Below, piece after piece: positions 13,418-26,400 of a stretch of 64,000 bases of DNA. The position numbers and the translations under genes were made by a program. The first letter of the stretch is position 1. The number at the start of each line of letters is the position of its first letter. The DNA comes from Zygnema circumcarinatum SAG 698-1b (Eukaryota; Plantae; Zygnematophyceae), in contig CM074813.1 of NCBI GenBank assembly GCA_037447605.1, forward strand, positions 62,001-126,000, in the 5' to 3' direction. The notes under the pieces are model-generated. The model had not been told where the DNA came from, ran no database searches, and was given only the letters and a program-made list of their open reading frames with translations.

Positions 13418-14160
13418 ACAGACCGACAGACTGAGACAGACATCCAGACGGACACGCAAAGGGAGTGGGCGAAAGACAGACAGACTGAGACAGACACCGA
13501 GACGGCCACGCAAAGGGAGCGACTAACAGACAGACAGACTGAGACAGACATCCAGGCAGACACTCAAAGGGAGTGGGTGACCGACAGACAAACTGAGACA
13601 GATATTCAGACGGACACGCAAAGGGAGTGAGCGACAGACCAGACAGACACGCAAAGGGAGTGAGCGACAGACACGCAAAGGGAGTGCCCGACAGACGCAA
13701 AGGGAGTGAGCGACAACGCAAAGGGAGTGAGCGACAACGCAAAGGGAGTGAGCGACAACGCAAAGGGAGTGAGCGACAACGCAAAGGGAGTGAGCAACAA
13801 CGCAAAGGGAGTGAGCGACAACGCAAAGGGAGTGAGCGACAACGCAAAGGGAGTGAGCGACAGACAGATTTTAACAGACATCCAGACAGACGCGCAAAGG
13901 GAGTGGGCGACAGACAGACAAACTGAGACAGACATCCAGACACATGCAAAGGGAGAGGGCGATAGTCAGGCAAACTGAGACAGACATCCAGACAGGCAAA
14001 CTGAGACAGATATCCAGACAGGCACGCTAAGGGAGTGAGCTACAGACAGACAGGGGCAAGGCAGTGAGCGACATACAGAGGAAGACACGGCGGAGGAAGG
14101 GAGTGAGCGACATACAGACAGGAAGACACGGCAGAGGAAGGTAGTGAGCGACAGACAGAC
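13418..14160. repeat. Nested minisatellite: ~55-bp units flanking 8 copies of a 21-bp unit
   Basis: CGCAAAGGGAGTGAGCGACAA x8 from 13696 to ~13863 (one copy varies). It is flanked by longer units (acagactgagacagacatccagacggacacgcaaagggagtgggcg...) and by ~45-bp gtgagcgacatacagaggaagacacggc units near 14065-14160. Confidence 0.95.
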
Positions 14161-14475
14161 CGGGCCCTGGCCAGGAGTCCCAGGGCCTGCTGGAGCTCAC
14201 TCCGAGGAATCGGATGCTGTAAGCAAATATTTATATTGCTTCGCTTTTGGAGCTGCTGTGCTGTGCTGCGACGAGGGCGACCCTGCTCTGTCGCCTCATC
14301 CCCTCTCTCTAGCCAACTGCAGGCCGTTCCTTCCGCTTGGCTCCTCTGCTGCCCTCAGATCAGGGCAGGGCGCAGCTGGCATGCCTCCCTCAATCCTCCG
14401 CTGAACGAAGTAGTCTGTCTCTTGCTACTAATCGCTGACCTGCTGTCTGCCACCTTCCTCGCCTCTGCGGCCCCC

Positions 14476-17400
14476 ATGGCCAGCCTGCCATGTTCTGCTT
14501 CCTTGTCCACCCACCTCTCACGGAACCTTGGAATGGAACTGCATACCTGCCCACTCCTCCTCTCATCCATTTTGAGCGCGGCTTATAGCTCGCCATTCGG
14601 CAGGAGTGCACGGCATTTGCCTGTTATCGTTTGTGCTCTGCCAACCGCGATGTCCCGGGTAGGCGGGAGTCAGTTCTGGTATTGCTACAACTCCTGGGAG
14701 TGTAGGCTAGCGAGCGGCAGATGCTGCTCTCTAGCGCGGTTACGGCTGAGCTTTTCGCTGAAATGTAGTCTACGAAAAGAATGAAACAAACGACTCATTC
14801 TTTACTTCAATGCAGCCTTTGGAATGAACAGCTGCCATTGGCGACTTGCAGGTTCGTGGAGGCGGGACAGGATGTTTCATTGAAGGCTTGGCCTGAGCTT
14901 GGGCAGAGTGCTTTTGGCCGGAGAACGTTTTCCCAAATGACGGCTGGCAAGGTGAGGATGAAGACTAAGATTTCGATAACACGTTGTGCTAATCCACCTT
15001 GTGCTATAGGGACATGAACTGAGCCAAAACAGTGGCAGATGGTGAAAACGGCGTGTGTATGTTTGCGAGATCTTCAAATGGAGCACTTTAACTATCCTTA
15101 AGTGGGGTTGAAGGTCGAAGGGAAGTATTGATTGAAACGACTTAGCTTTAATAAGTATGATGTATGTGAGCGAGCTTGGTGGGGGTATCTGCAGTCCCAA
15201 TCTATTGGAGAGGTAGACTGGTGTTGGTGACCGATCAACCAGGTCCCATTTCAGTGATTTCCTTCTGTAGTATTCTTACTATGCAGATGTTGTCATTGTC
15301 ATGTGAGAAGCAATCAGGAATCAGACTTGTCTTCACTCAAGCCTCTGTTCAAGAAGCATTTGGGAGTGATAGCGATTCAGATGGTTCTTATTCCGATGAT
15401 GAATGGCGGTTATCCAAGGCCACAGGACAACAGGAGACTGGACTTCAGTTGAAGTCCCGGTCTCAGCCTCAGTCACTATTGGAACAGCAGCTGGTGGACA
15501 ATGGAAATCCTGAGGATTCTGTCATCGAAATGTCACCAACTAATGGCAGGTCAGGACGTTTTTACTATGGGATGCCTGTTATATCAATCGTTACAGATGG
15601 TCTCCTTGCCCTCCCTTTATTGGTATATGCATCATTCATCAAATGTAGCCAAATGGACTTGATCCGTTTGGGGTTGACCCGACTGTCATTTCGCTGGCCT
15701 TCTTCGTTCATTAAATGTTTCCTTTTTGACCATTTCAACCGGTCACTTCCGAAGCAGCCGCCTTGTTCAGTTTCCAAAGCATAACTGACAGAATGTTGTC
15801 AACATGTTATCCCTAACTGAGAACTGATCAAATTACATATATCTTGATATATGTTGACGGAGTAGTCCCCTTTTTATTTTTACATTGTTTATTTCTTGTC
15901 TTCTCATTGTCTATTTTGCAGGGTCACCCAGGGGTTACTTCTGACTGTATTATTGTTCATCTTGCTTACTTTGATCCTCGTGGCTATTGATGCCTGCATT
16001 TGGAAGATCATTCGACGCCCCCTTGCTGTCCTTTATCTCACTTTACCATTCCTTATAGCAAGTCTTGTCAGCGGATGCCTAGGAGTGGTTGCTCAGCCCC
16101 TTCTACGGAAGCTAAAGGCAGGGCAAATCATGAGGAGGGATGGGCCTGAAGGCCACCTGTCAAAAGAAGGCACTCCCACTATGGGGGGGCTCTTCTTCAT
16201 CCCGGTAGGACTCCTTGTAGCCAGCTTTGTTGCAGGCTATGCGGCTATTGAGCTCAGGGGCGTCATCCTTGCAACAATAGCATTTGCTGCTATTGGATTC
16301 CTGGATGATTGCCTCATTCTGGTTCGAAAGCACAATGATGGGCTACCCGGAACTATGAAGCTTTTTCTGCAGGTGAGAATATCTTTGGGTCTTCTATTGG
16401 CCGTCTAAGAAGCCATGAGCAGTTCTGATTGGCCCTTTTGCACCTACCACTTGTATCGAAGAACTCTTGAATTGTTTTGAAAAAATGCTAGCAATTGTGC
16501 TTTGAAATCTCTCTCTTCCCTTTTTCACCTTCCCTCCTCCCTTTCCCTCTCATCCTGCGCATGCCAAGGCAAGAGTGCACTAGGCCATCGATTTTTTTAT
16601 TCATTACATGGTGCCTGGCGTGTCGGACGTGTGGCAGCTGGCTGTTGGGCTATGGTTCTATTTTTGGCTGGATGGTGCGCCTCTTCCTTCGCCTTATAGT
16701 TGGTGAGACATTCTGCCACCTGCACATTGACTGCGTACGAGAATTCCCTGCAACAGGCTTGGGTTGGACTAGTAAGCATGTGAACTGCGTGTCAGTATGT
16801 CAGGACCTTTCACTTAAATGGAAGCAGGTCCGGTACGTGTCCATCTGGTACTGTGTTTAGTGTTGCTCTGATTCCAGTCAAGTGAACCATAGAGGCATTG
16901 ATGACCTGGCGCAGGTGCTATGTTCCTGTTTTCTTATTTTCATGGTTGACGTTCTAACTGCAGAAAGTATGATTGTTTAGTCTGATGAACGGTGGCTGAA
17001 ATGTATTCTCAGGAATGGGCATGGGCTTATTCCGTGTGTGTCAGCAAGCTGTTGGTGTTCCTCCCTCCCCCTTTCCTATGGTGGTATGGTGGGTACCTAT
17101 ACCTTCCGCTGACGGTGTTCACATTTGCTGCAATGAGCAACGGAGTGAACCTCACGGACGGCCTGGACGGCCTTGCGGCCGGCACGTGCGCTCTGGCCTT
17201 CATTGGCATGGCAGTCGCTGTGGTGGCCATCTATCCAAGTGAGTTTTCCTCTGGGCCGGCAGCCATTTGGCGAGGGTCGCACTTGCGCCTGCATGAACTC
17301 TTGTCAAATGCTCTCTGTCGTTAAGACGAACACACACGGTGCGAGTCGGGCAAGGTCCCATCTCGTCGTAACTTTGCTGAGGTGACTGTTTTGTCAGTGT

Positions 17401-18653
17401 CTGACTGTCTTCCTCCGGGACGGCGTCTACATGATTGTTATCGTATACCGTTGTTTGGGGAGATGCATCTTTCTCGTGCAGTTGTTTTTGTTGGCTTGCA
17501 TACCCGATCCTTCATCGAAGGGTTGGATCTTTACAAAGTACGAAACAAAGCGATTGCGGATGGTGATGTACACAGAATCGACACAACAGTCGTCACTCAA
17601 CCAATCTTTCAACTCTTGTTTATAAAGAATTGCCCATGAGACTGGATTACGTCCTTCACTGACTAAGCTTTACGATTGTGTTTGAAATCGTAAGCGATAT
17701 ATGACGATTGCAATTTCGATTCACGTCAGTGCTGAGTTGTCATAAGCTTGTGAGCGGAAGGATCATCATGTGACTAGTCTTCGTTCCGGTCGAACAGTGT
17801 CCACCTCTTGTGAAGAAAAAAATCAACAGTGCCGAGTTGTTCTTTCTTTGGTCTTGTAGCGTTGGGAGCCTTTGGAGCGGCCATGGCTGGAGCTTGCATG
17901 GGTTTTCTAGTGCACAACCGCCACAAAGCAACAGTGTTCATGGGCGACACGGGTTCTCTTGCACTCGGAGGCGCCCTGGCAGCCATGGCCGCTGCCACCG
18001 GCATGTTCGTTCCGCTCTTCATTGCGTCCTTTGTCTTCATTTTGGAGACCCTTTCAGTGATGGCGCAGGTACGCTAAGCAGGGAAATCAATTGCCGTGAT
18101 GCAGGCAAGTCCTTGCTGTTCGCAGTATGGGGCCATTCTTGTATAAATTCTGTACCATCACTATTGTTCGTAACTGATTCTAGCTTTGTCTATTCGAGTG
18201 AGCATCGTGTATGAAGTATGCTTTGTAGTTTTCTTTCTGACGACTTTTCAAAGACTGGTTCTTCTTTCCCTCTTTCCGTTGGCTCAGTTGGAAGCAACCG
18301 ATGGAGAGGCTGTACTGCATCGCTGCGTTTTTATAAAAATATGTTGGGCACTTCGACAACTATAAACCAGTCCAGAAGGAAAGCCACTGCCTGTGTGTGT
18401 GTGCAGTAATGAACCTATACCTTTTCCTGTACTGAGTGCGAGCGACTCGTACTGCAATGGATGAGTGCAGGTGCTCTACTTCAAGCTGACAAAGCGATTT
18501 CAGGGCGTGGGAAAGAGGCTGCTGCGCATGGCCCCCTTGCATCACCACTTGGAGCTGGGGGGGTGGTCGGAGACGAGCGTGGTGCTGGCGGCGTACGCGC
18601 TGGGGCTCGTCTTCGCTGCGCTTGCGGCCTATGCGGGGCTCCGATCCGTGTAG
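14476..18653 (+). CDS. mraY: Plastid-type phospho-N-acetylmuramoyl-pentapeptide transferase (MraY), 7 exons, putative transit peptide
   Basis: In-frame exons 14476-14658, 15287-15549, 15922-16372, 16638-16702, 17045-17238, 17860-18068, 18472-18653. Motifs: [61 protein letters not shown]. The N-terminus is Ser/Ala-rich; the start codon is inferred. Confidence 0.96.
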
Positions 18654-19414
18654 CGCCGCGCCTGCACAGTCGCGTTCTGCCTCCACTCTGTTGTCAAGTG
18701 TACCATGGGCTCTCGAAGCACGTAGGACCAGCTAAAGCTGGGCGTAATGATACAAATGACACTAGAAATAAGGAGCGTGCACTTTCCAGCATGTGGAGGC
18801 TCTCCAAAGAGCAAAGGTGAGGATGTGCGCCTTCAGGGCGTCACACGGCGCGCTCATGCGGTAGCGGCTCGGTCCTCCCCCCTCCCCTCTCTCTCTCTCT
18901 CTCGCCCTCCCCCTCTCCCTATCCCTCTCGTGCAGGGACGGGAAGGGAAGGATGGCAGATGCTGAACCTGCGTCCGGTCCTGTTAGTCACGCCCCAGTCG
19001 CAGCTTTTGTATAGTAGTGGAAGTAAAGTGATAAAGGCAGTGTCGGTGTACCTTTTCTGAAAAAGTAAGGTGCCGATGCATTACTTGTCATGTGCACCGT
19101 AGGTACGGTCTGTGCCTACACAGGTAATTTTTGTTCAGTTGTTGTACAAGTCATGGACTCACAATCTTAAATGAACTCATCAAGGCAACTTGCATCTTGG
19201 GCTGTGCGTTTGCACCACGCTTCTACAGTATGTGTTAAGCAATGGAGAAACCTGGCCAAGCCTTTGAAACAACGTGGGATTGAATTTTTCCTTGAAGGGC
19301 GTTGTTATTGTCGGAGTGCGATTGGCTTGAGAGCGCGAAAGGGTGCGCTGCCGCTGTTCACCGTGTAGACCAAACCCACGCTCGTAGTTTCCCCGCGCGG
19401 ATTTCCAACTATTA

Positions 19415-19572
19415 GGGGGTGTCAGACTTAAAAAAAATTCAGTACGCGTGTTCGTAAGTTTGACATCAGAACGAGTACTCCAGTATAATCGCGATCCTCC
19501 TGCGGCGGAGTACTTTCGTAACCTTTTTTTTCGTAACGCTTTTCGTAAGATTTTGTTAAGCCTGACACCCCC
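19415..19572. mobile_element. 158-bp MITE with ~17-bp terminal inverted repeats flanked by TA
   Basis: Left TA|GGGGGTGTCAGACTTAA, right TTAAGCCTGACACCCCC|TA (one mismatch). Four internal TTCGTAA repeats; no ORF. Confidence 0.8.
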
Positions 19573-20486
19573 TATTGCTGTTCATGACTCGATCTAACAG
19601 ATTCAGATTTCAATTGTTCAAAGGATGAAGAATTCAATACAATCCAATCGTTCAAACGTTCGATTAATGGCCAAACGAGATATTCGGTTGAATTGTTTAT
19701 TTGTTCAAGGCTGAGCTTACGCGGAAACGGTACGGAAGTGAGTGGCGCAGCGCCAGCACTGGCCCTCCCCTCCCTCCCTGCACAATCCGCCGCCAGGCGA
19801 CTAGGCGACTAGGCGCGGCGCGACCAGGCGCGGTGCTCTCTCGTCTCTCTCCCTCAGAGCCGCCCTCACCTCCCTCGGTTCTTCCGACCCTCCCGGTACG
19901 GCCGTACGGCCCGCGCTGAGCCGCGCCTCGCCTTCAATGCGCCCCCGAGCGCGCGTCCGCCGCTGGCGAGCTGTCGCACGTGACCGGGCCGTACCGTACC
20001 GTATCGTATTGTACCTGGCAGATCGATACAGTACGGCGGTGCGCTCAGGCGGCGCGGCGCGCTCAGCGCTAACTGACAGCCAGCAGCCGCCGCCGGGGGA
20101 CACGTGGCGCGCGGCGGCAGCCCGCGGCCCGCGCGCGTACCGCGATATATCGGCCCCTCCCCCGCAGGCAGGCGGGCAGGCTGGCGCGCCAGCTGGCTGG
20201 CTGCCCGCCTGCCTGGACGGGCGCCCTCCGCCCTCCCCTCCGCGCCTCCCCGCACGCACGCACGCACGTGCTCCCTCCCCCTTCCGCTCCCCCTCCGCCT
20301 CCCCCCCTCGCTGCCTACCGTCTGCCCTGCCCCACCCCGCTACTTCCACTGCAGTTGGTGCGACCCCGCCCTCTGGTCCTGCTCCCCGAACGAAAGCTGC
20401 GGGAATGCGGCCAGGCGAGGTCGTCGGGATCGTCCTCGGGGGCTGATTGTGAGCAAGGTCCAGTTTTGAAGGCACGAACGAAGGCG

Positions 20487-23400
20487 ATGGAGAAGCAGCA
20501 GCTGCAAACGGCGCCCTCCAAGTCGCGCATGAGCCCCAGTCGCAGCAGCAGCAGCAGCGGCAGCAGCATCCTGGCTCCCTCCAAGAGCCCCCCCCCGACG
20601 TTCATGGGCAGACGGAGCGCCTCCCTATCCATGGCGGTCGCGAAGGGGTCGTCGCCAGCGAGCAGCGTGCCCATCTCCCCTTCCGTGTCGCTCACCTCCT
20701 CCGTCGTGAGCAACGGCAGTAGCCCCCTGCCCCGGCGGGCGCTCGCTCATCCTGCTGTCCCTCCCTTCTTGGAGTCCATTGAGCCGCATCTCAACGAAAA
20801 TGTCATGGTCACAGTGCGCTTTCGCCCCCTCAGGTGGCTTTCGCTGCCGTCCCTCGCGCCTGGCATTGTGCTTCCTCCCGCAACTTTTCCCTTGCAGATC
20901 TGAATCTGATTACGCTACTACTGTGGATGCATTGATTTATTCAACATGACTGGGGCGCAGTATGCGTGAAATTCAACGCGGAGATGATGTTGCCTGGTAT
21001 GCTGATGGCGATACTATAGTACGCATGGAGTCGAACGCCAGAATTGCATACGCATTTGGTATGTATTTGAATTATTTACGTTCCTAAAATTGCAAAACTT
21101 GACTGAAAGAAAATTTTAGCCGCGTTTATGCATTGCAGAAGAGCGGAGGATGACTATTCTCCATTAAATATTCAAAACTGACAGGAAACGCAGTTCGTGA
21201 AAACGCAGTTCTTAGCTTCACTATTCCTGCATTTGCTTTTAACCTCGTCCTTTCATTTTCTGTAGACAGAGTTTTTGGTCCAGCGACTACAACAAGAGGC
21301 GTTTATGACATTGCAGCGCAGCCTATTGTGAATGACGCAATGGAGGGCATAAATGGTATGCTTGCAGCTCACCAGCAGCATTGATGTAACTGTGCGCTCC
21401 CGTGGGGCTGACGTTAAGTATAGTAAACAAAAAGATAAATTCTCTTTTTATCGTACTGTTCTCGTTCATTTTGTGAATTTCGCTACGTTTGACCATTTCT
21501 TCTTGGTTGGATTTGGCACCATTTCAGGGACTGTGTTTGCGTATGGCGTTACAAGCAGTGGGAAGACGCACACAATGCACGTAAGTGCGGTTTTGCATGA
21601 AGGTCATTTATTCACTCCCGTTCGAGACCACTAGGCTGCCTGCGGAGACTTGCAGGGGGTTGCACCACTTCGCAGGCTATCGGCGGGATATCGTTGAAGA
21701 AGAAGCCAAGGATCAATGACATTTCCTAAGGACTTACTCATTTTTTTTATTATCCTTCAAAATTAAGGCATGATCAGCTCCTGATGATGGGTGCAACCGT
21801 TTCCTAAAATCTGCTGTCAGCTTCTAATGAAGGCTTGTTGCTGGAACTGTTGTGGTGTTCGCAGGGTGACCAGAAGTCTCCGGGCGTGATTCCCCTGGCT
21901 GTGAAAGAAGTGTTCAGCATCATTCAAGAGGTCAAAGCACCGAGCCTTCTTTCACTGAGCTTAATTGGTTATGCTGCTTTAATTTATTGTGCTCGTAGAA
22001 TCTCTTTTTCTCATTTGCGACACTGCTACCTTGATACCCTTGCAGACACCTGGTCGAGAATTTCTGCTTCGAGTTTCATATTTAGAGATTTACAATGAGG
22101 TACTAATCTGACGATCTCAACTCTGAGCGACCATCAATCTTTAGAGGGTTTTTATGAGTTCGGTGCAGCATATCTTTGTGAAAGGAAAGCGCTTTTATAC
22201 CTTTCGTATTGAAACTTGGCAATACCAGCTCTCTTGAAGCAAGTACTCTTACATAGTATGACTTTATGGTTCCCTGGAAATCGCTCGCCGTGTTGCGTGA
22301 AAGAGTCTCAAACTAGCGGTCATTCTATTCTAGTGGATGTGGCGGGACTGTCTGACCTGCGGGGCGTTTGCAGGTCATCAACGACCTCCTCAACCCCGCC
22401 GGCCAAAACCTGCGAATTCGAGAGGACTCCCAGGTGGACTATTAAATCTTCTCACTTTACTCTCAACTTCGAGGGGCAGTTCCGCAACCTCTTCTCGTCT
22501 CACTCTTTTCCAGTTCTTGCCAAGTTTCTATTTGGCTTTTCTGCCCAATTTGCTGGTTTTGCAATTCCAAGTCGAGGTTCTTTCATTCCTTCCATAGTGG
22601 TCGGCCACTGTGCCGTTGAGGCCCTGATGCTTAGCGCACATATGGCGCGCAGGTGGGCACGTATGTGGAGAGCATCAAGGAGGAGGTGGTGCTCTCGGCC
22701 GCGCACGCGCTCTCTCTCATCGCCGCGGGCGAAGGTGCGCCCTTTACCCTTTCTGTTCCCGCCGAACTGCTCTGCCGGCAGAGTACTCGGGGACTGGCGT
22801 CACTGGGGCCGTACGGACTCCGCTGACCTACAGATGTGTGACTGTTACCTAGTGAAACTCTACTTCAGTCAAATTTAAATCAGCGCAGAGGTTGTCATAA
22901 CTTCCACAGGTATATTCAGGTATACTTGGCGTAAAGGCAGTGGGGCTTGACCTGTCTGTGTGTGCTTACACTCAGTTTTGGCAATTTCTGCAGTATTTAA
23001 ATATCCTGAGCTGTAGAAAAGGCTTAAAGAAATGACTAGTATCGCTGGCCCATTTACAAAGGGGCAACTTGAGAGTCGCCACATACTATTACAAGCAACC
23101 TAAGCCGTGGAACCCTATGTGAAGTGGCTGAATGAAAGTTTAGTTGCTCTTTTAATGGGACCGCCGATCGTATGTAGCCCATTTCTATTTTTCTCAATTC
23201 CTTTTGCGTTTCGGGAGCTTTGTGGGTAGGTTTAATTTTGAAAGGTCGAAACTTAAATAAGAATCTGAATGCAGAATTAGAAGAGTGCTCAAAAGCATGC
23301 TCCAATCACTTTGTACTTCCTGTAGTCTTTCATTTCCGCCTGACCCAAATTGACTCCAATCTGTCGTCAAAGCTTCCTTTCCTATACCGTCTGCTCCTGC

Positions 23401-26400
23401 TTGTATGTTTCTAACTAGCAACGACGGCTCAGGGGATCTTTAGGGTCTGCAGTCTCCTTGTACTGCATGGCTCAATTGAACTTGTACAAATTCTAAATCG
23501 GGTACAAGGGTGTAAGGGCACGTATCTTTAGTTGGCTTGCTAGAGAGTGAAAACCCGTCGGATTTCGGGGTTCTGATTGCGACTAGATGTCTCGATGTAT
23601 GGTTCCTTTTCAGCACCATATGCTGAGCTGGTTAGAGTTGTCTCTGGCGGTTGACGACAGAGCATCGGCACGTGGGCTCGACCAACTTCAACATGATGAG
23701 CAGCCGCAGCCACACGATATTCACAATGGTGCGGACGCACCCTTGCAAAGGATCCAAATACGCGCCGGCTGTATCTGCCCGCAGCATTTTCTCACGCAAC
23801 TCAGTGAGGTGGTTTTTCTTGTTTGACAGACAATTGAAAGCACTGGCAGGGACAAGCAGGGCTTTGAAGAGGTCACTCTGTCTCAGCTGGTGAGTCAACG
23901 GCCGCCTTTCGATTTCCTTCGGTAAAGGAGGGCTAGTTTTCTATTAGGACAGGCACCCGTTGGACCGGTTAGGAGTGATTTTCCAGGGGCTTGAAAGCTC
24001 TTATAAGCCCATATACGCCCTTGTAAGCCCTTATAAACCCTTATATGCCCGTATAAGCCCTTAAGCCCTTGTAAGCCATTATAAGCCCTTAGAAGCCGCC
24101 GGAATGAATGTGGCAAATGTAAAGTGACCTTTGGCATGCTGACTTACTACCGCGGAATTGAATGTTATATCCACCGGAGGCAGAATCTCATCGACTTGGC
24201 CGGCTCCGAGAGCTCGAAGGCGGCCACGACGGGCCTGCGTCGGAAGGAGGGCGCGTACATCAACAAGAGCCTGCTCACGCTCGGCACGGTGAGTGTCGGG
24301 CGGAGGGAGGCCGCTGCTAGAGCTCGCCAAAGGATGGCATCTAATTTGACTAATTAAGGTTAAAAACGAGTAATAAGGAAAGCTTAGCAGCCTGTCATCG
24401 TACAGGCTGCTAACATGGCGATGCTGGAGGAACAATGACAACTCAGTATTGATGGTCTCTAGTGGAACACAAACCCATGTTCTGACACAATGGAAAACCT
24501 CACAACACTTAGGTATGAAAGGACGTGTGCATTTTTACCCTGTCCAGTTGTTCTAGAACCTTTTGTTACTTATTAGTGAGAGTTGGCAAGTCAGATCCTC
24601 GGCGTGACGGTGAAAGGGTTAGGCCCTTTTTTTAATCGCCTTGACCTATGAAATAGTAGGGCCAGTGAGAGAGAAGACCGACTAGCCCGGAATAGCCTCT
24701 CTTCCTTGGCATGTGCATAGCAATCAGTGTTCGCTGTGAACTCAAAGGTGCTGCTGACGGGCTACATACTGAATTAGTACATAATCTCCCTTGGAGGATG
24801 CATGCAGCAGAGACAGATGGTTTTAGCCTCAAAGTCGTTTCTCAAATTTCTGATTGAAATTGAAGTGGAGATGGCATGGCCAGTGAAGGGTATGCTTTAG
24901 TGACACTACTGACATGTCACAAATTTTACCAGCTTTAGTAAACTGATGCCAAATATCTTAACAGAGAGTAGCATTCAGTAATTTAATGAAACGGATGGAG
25001 TTGACAAACACATATGCCTGCCAAATTACCTCAATACTTAATTCACAAGCCTACATTCATAAGCTAGCAGTACTTGCCGCAATAATGCTTTATAGTGGTC
25101 TACTAGACGTAAGTGTTTATTCCCGTAAGCTGTTTAAAGTTTTAAACATTTCTAGGGTCTTGGGTGCATTAAGTTAAGAATCGAAATGTGTCTGTAAGTG
25201 TGCTTTGCAGCAGTGCTTGACAATAATCGTACTCGCACTGACCATAACGCTCTGTAGCTGCGCACAATAGGCTGAAGGCATCCTGGACTGGGCGGCAGAA
25301 GGACCTGCCAACAAGCAGGGGGTCTGCGGGGGCTTCCGTTTTCAAGCATCGGACACGTAAGGCTCTGACCTTCGATTGAACTGGCTGCTTCAGGTGATCG
25401 CCAAGCTGAGTGAAGGAAAGCACGCGCATGTGCCGTATCGCGACTCCAAGTTGACGCGGCTGTTGCAGTCATCCCTAAGTGGGAACGGAAGAATTTCTGT
25501 GAGTCTGTGTAGGCATCGTGCATTTCTGGCAGCCGGAGCTCCTTGAAGTGAAGTTTTTTGGCTATCGGTGGGCTGAACCCCTTCGTGGTACTGACGCAGC
25601 TGATCTGCACGGTGACGCCGGCTTCGGGCACCATGGAGGAGACGCACAATACGCTCAAGTTCGCGCACCGCGCCAAGCACGTGGAGGTGCACGCCGAGGC
25701 CAACAAGGTGCGAAACTCTCCTCAGCAAACTCTGCCTTGAAATGCGGAAACGAAGGGGAGAGGTTCATGCTTATTTGAATGGAATTTTATTGTAACGCCG
25801 GAGATTTTTAGAATTCTGCTAGCAGAGGTTTATCAATAAGGTCCATAATTTATAAGGCTGCTTGGACGTTTGACGTGGATTGCATTTACTTCCGCAATCA
25901 ATCATGATCTTCTGCCGGGCATGGCATCTGACGGCGATGCAGATCATGGATGAAAAATCTTTGATCAAGAAATATCAAAAGGAGATTAGTGAACTCAAGC
26001 AGGAGCTCCTTCGAGTGAAAAAGGGCATGCTGAGCTCTCTGCCTCCGGGCAGCCCACAAGAGGATTTGGCACTTCTGCGGGAGAAGGTGAGCCTGCGGTT
26101 GCTGCTGAGGCCATGCACAGCAGCGCATGCAAAAGCAGGGGTGGCAGTCAAAGCAGCAGAGTTCCTCACTGTGTGGCGGCGGCGGCGGGGCTGCAGCTGG
26201 AGGCGGACAAGGAGATGATGCAGTCGCGGCTGGAGGAGGAGGAGCAGGAGAAGGCGGCGCTCATGGGCCGCATTCAGCGCCTCACCAAGCTCATCCTCGT
26301 CTCCACCAAGACCGCCATGGAGCTGCCGCCGGACAAGCACACGCATCGCCGCCGGCTGTCCTTCGGGGAAGAAGATGTAAGGCGGCAGCGCCATGTGGGA

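Noticed and set aside
13696-13863. 21-bp repeat array as a CRISPR array
   Set aside because: The repeats are head-to-tail with no unique spacers, there are no cas genes, and the context is eukaryotic.
13356-13978. ORFs with CRSLPLR / SDNAKGV repeats
   Set aside because: These are translations of the minisatellite, open in several frames on both strands, with no domain content or splice support.
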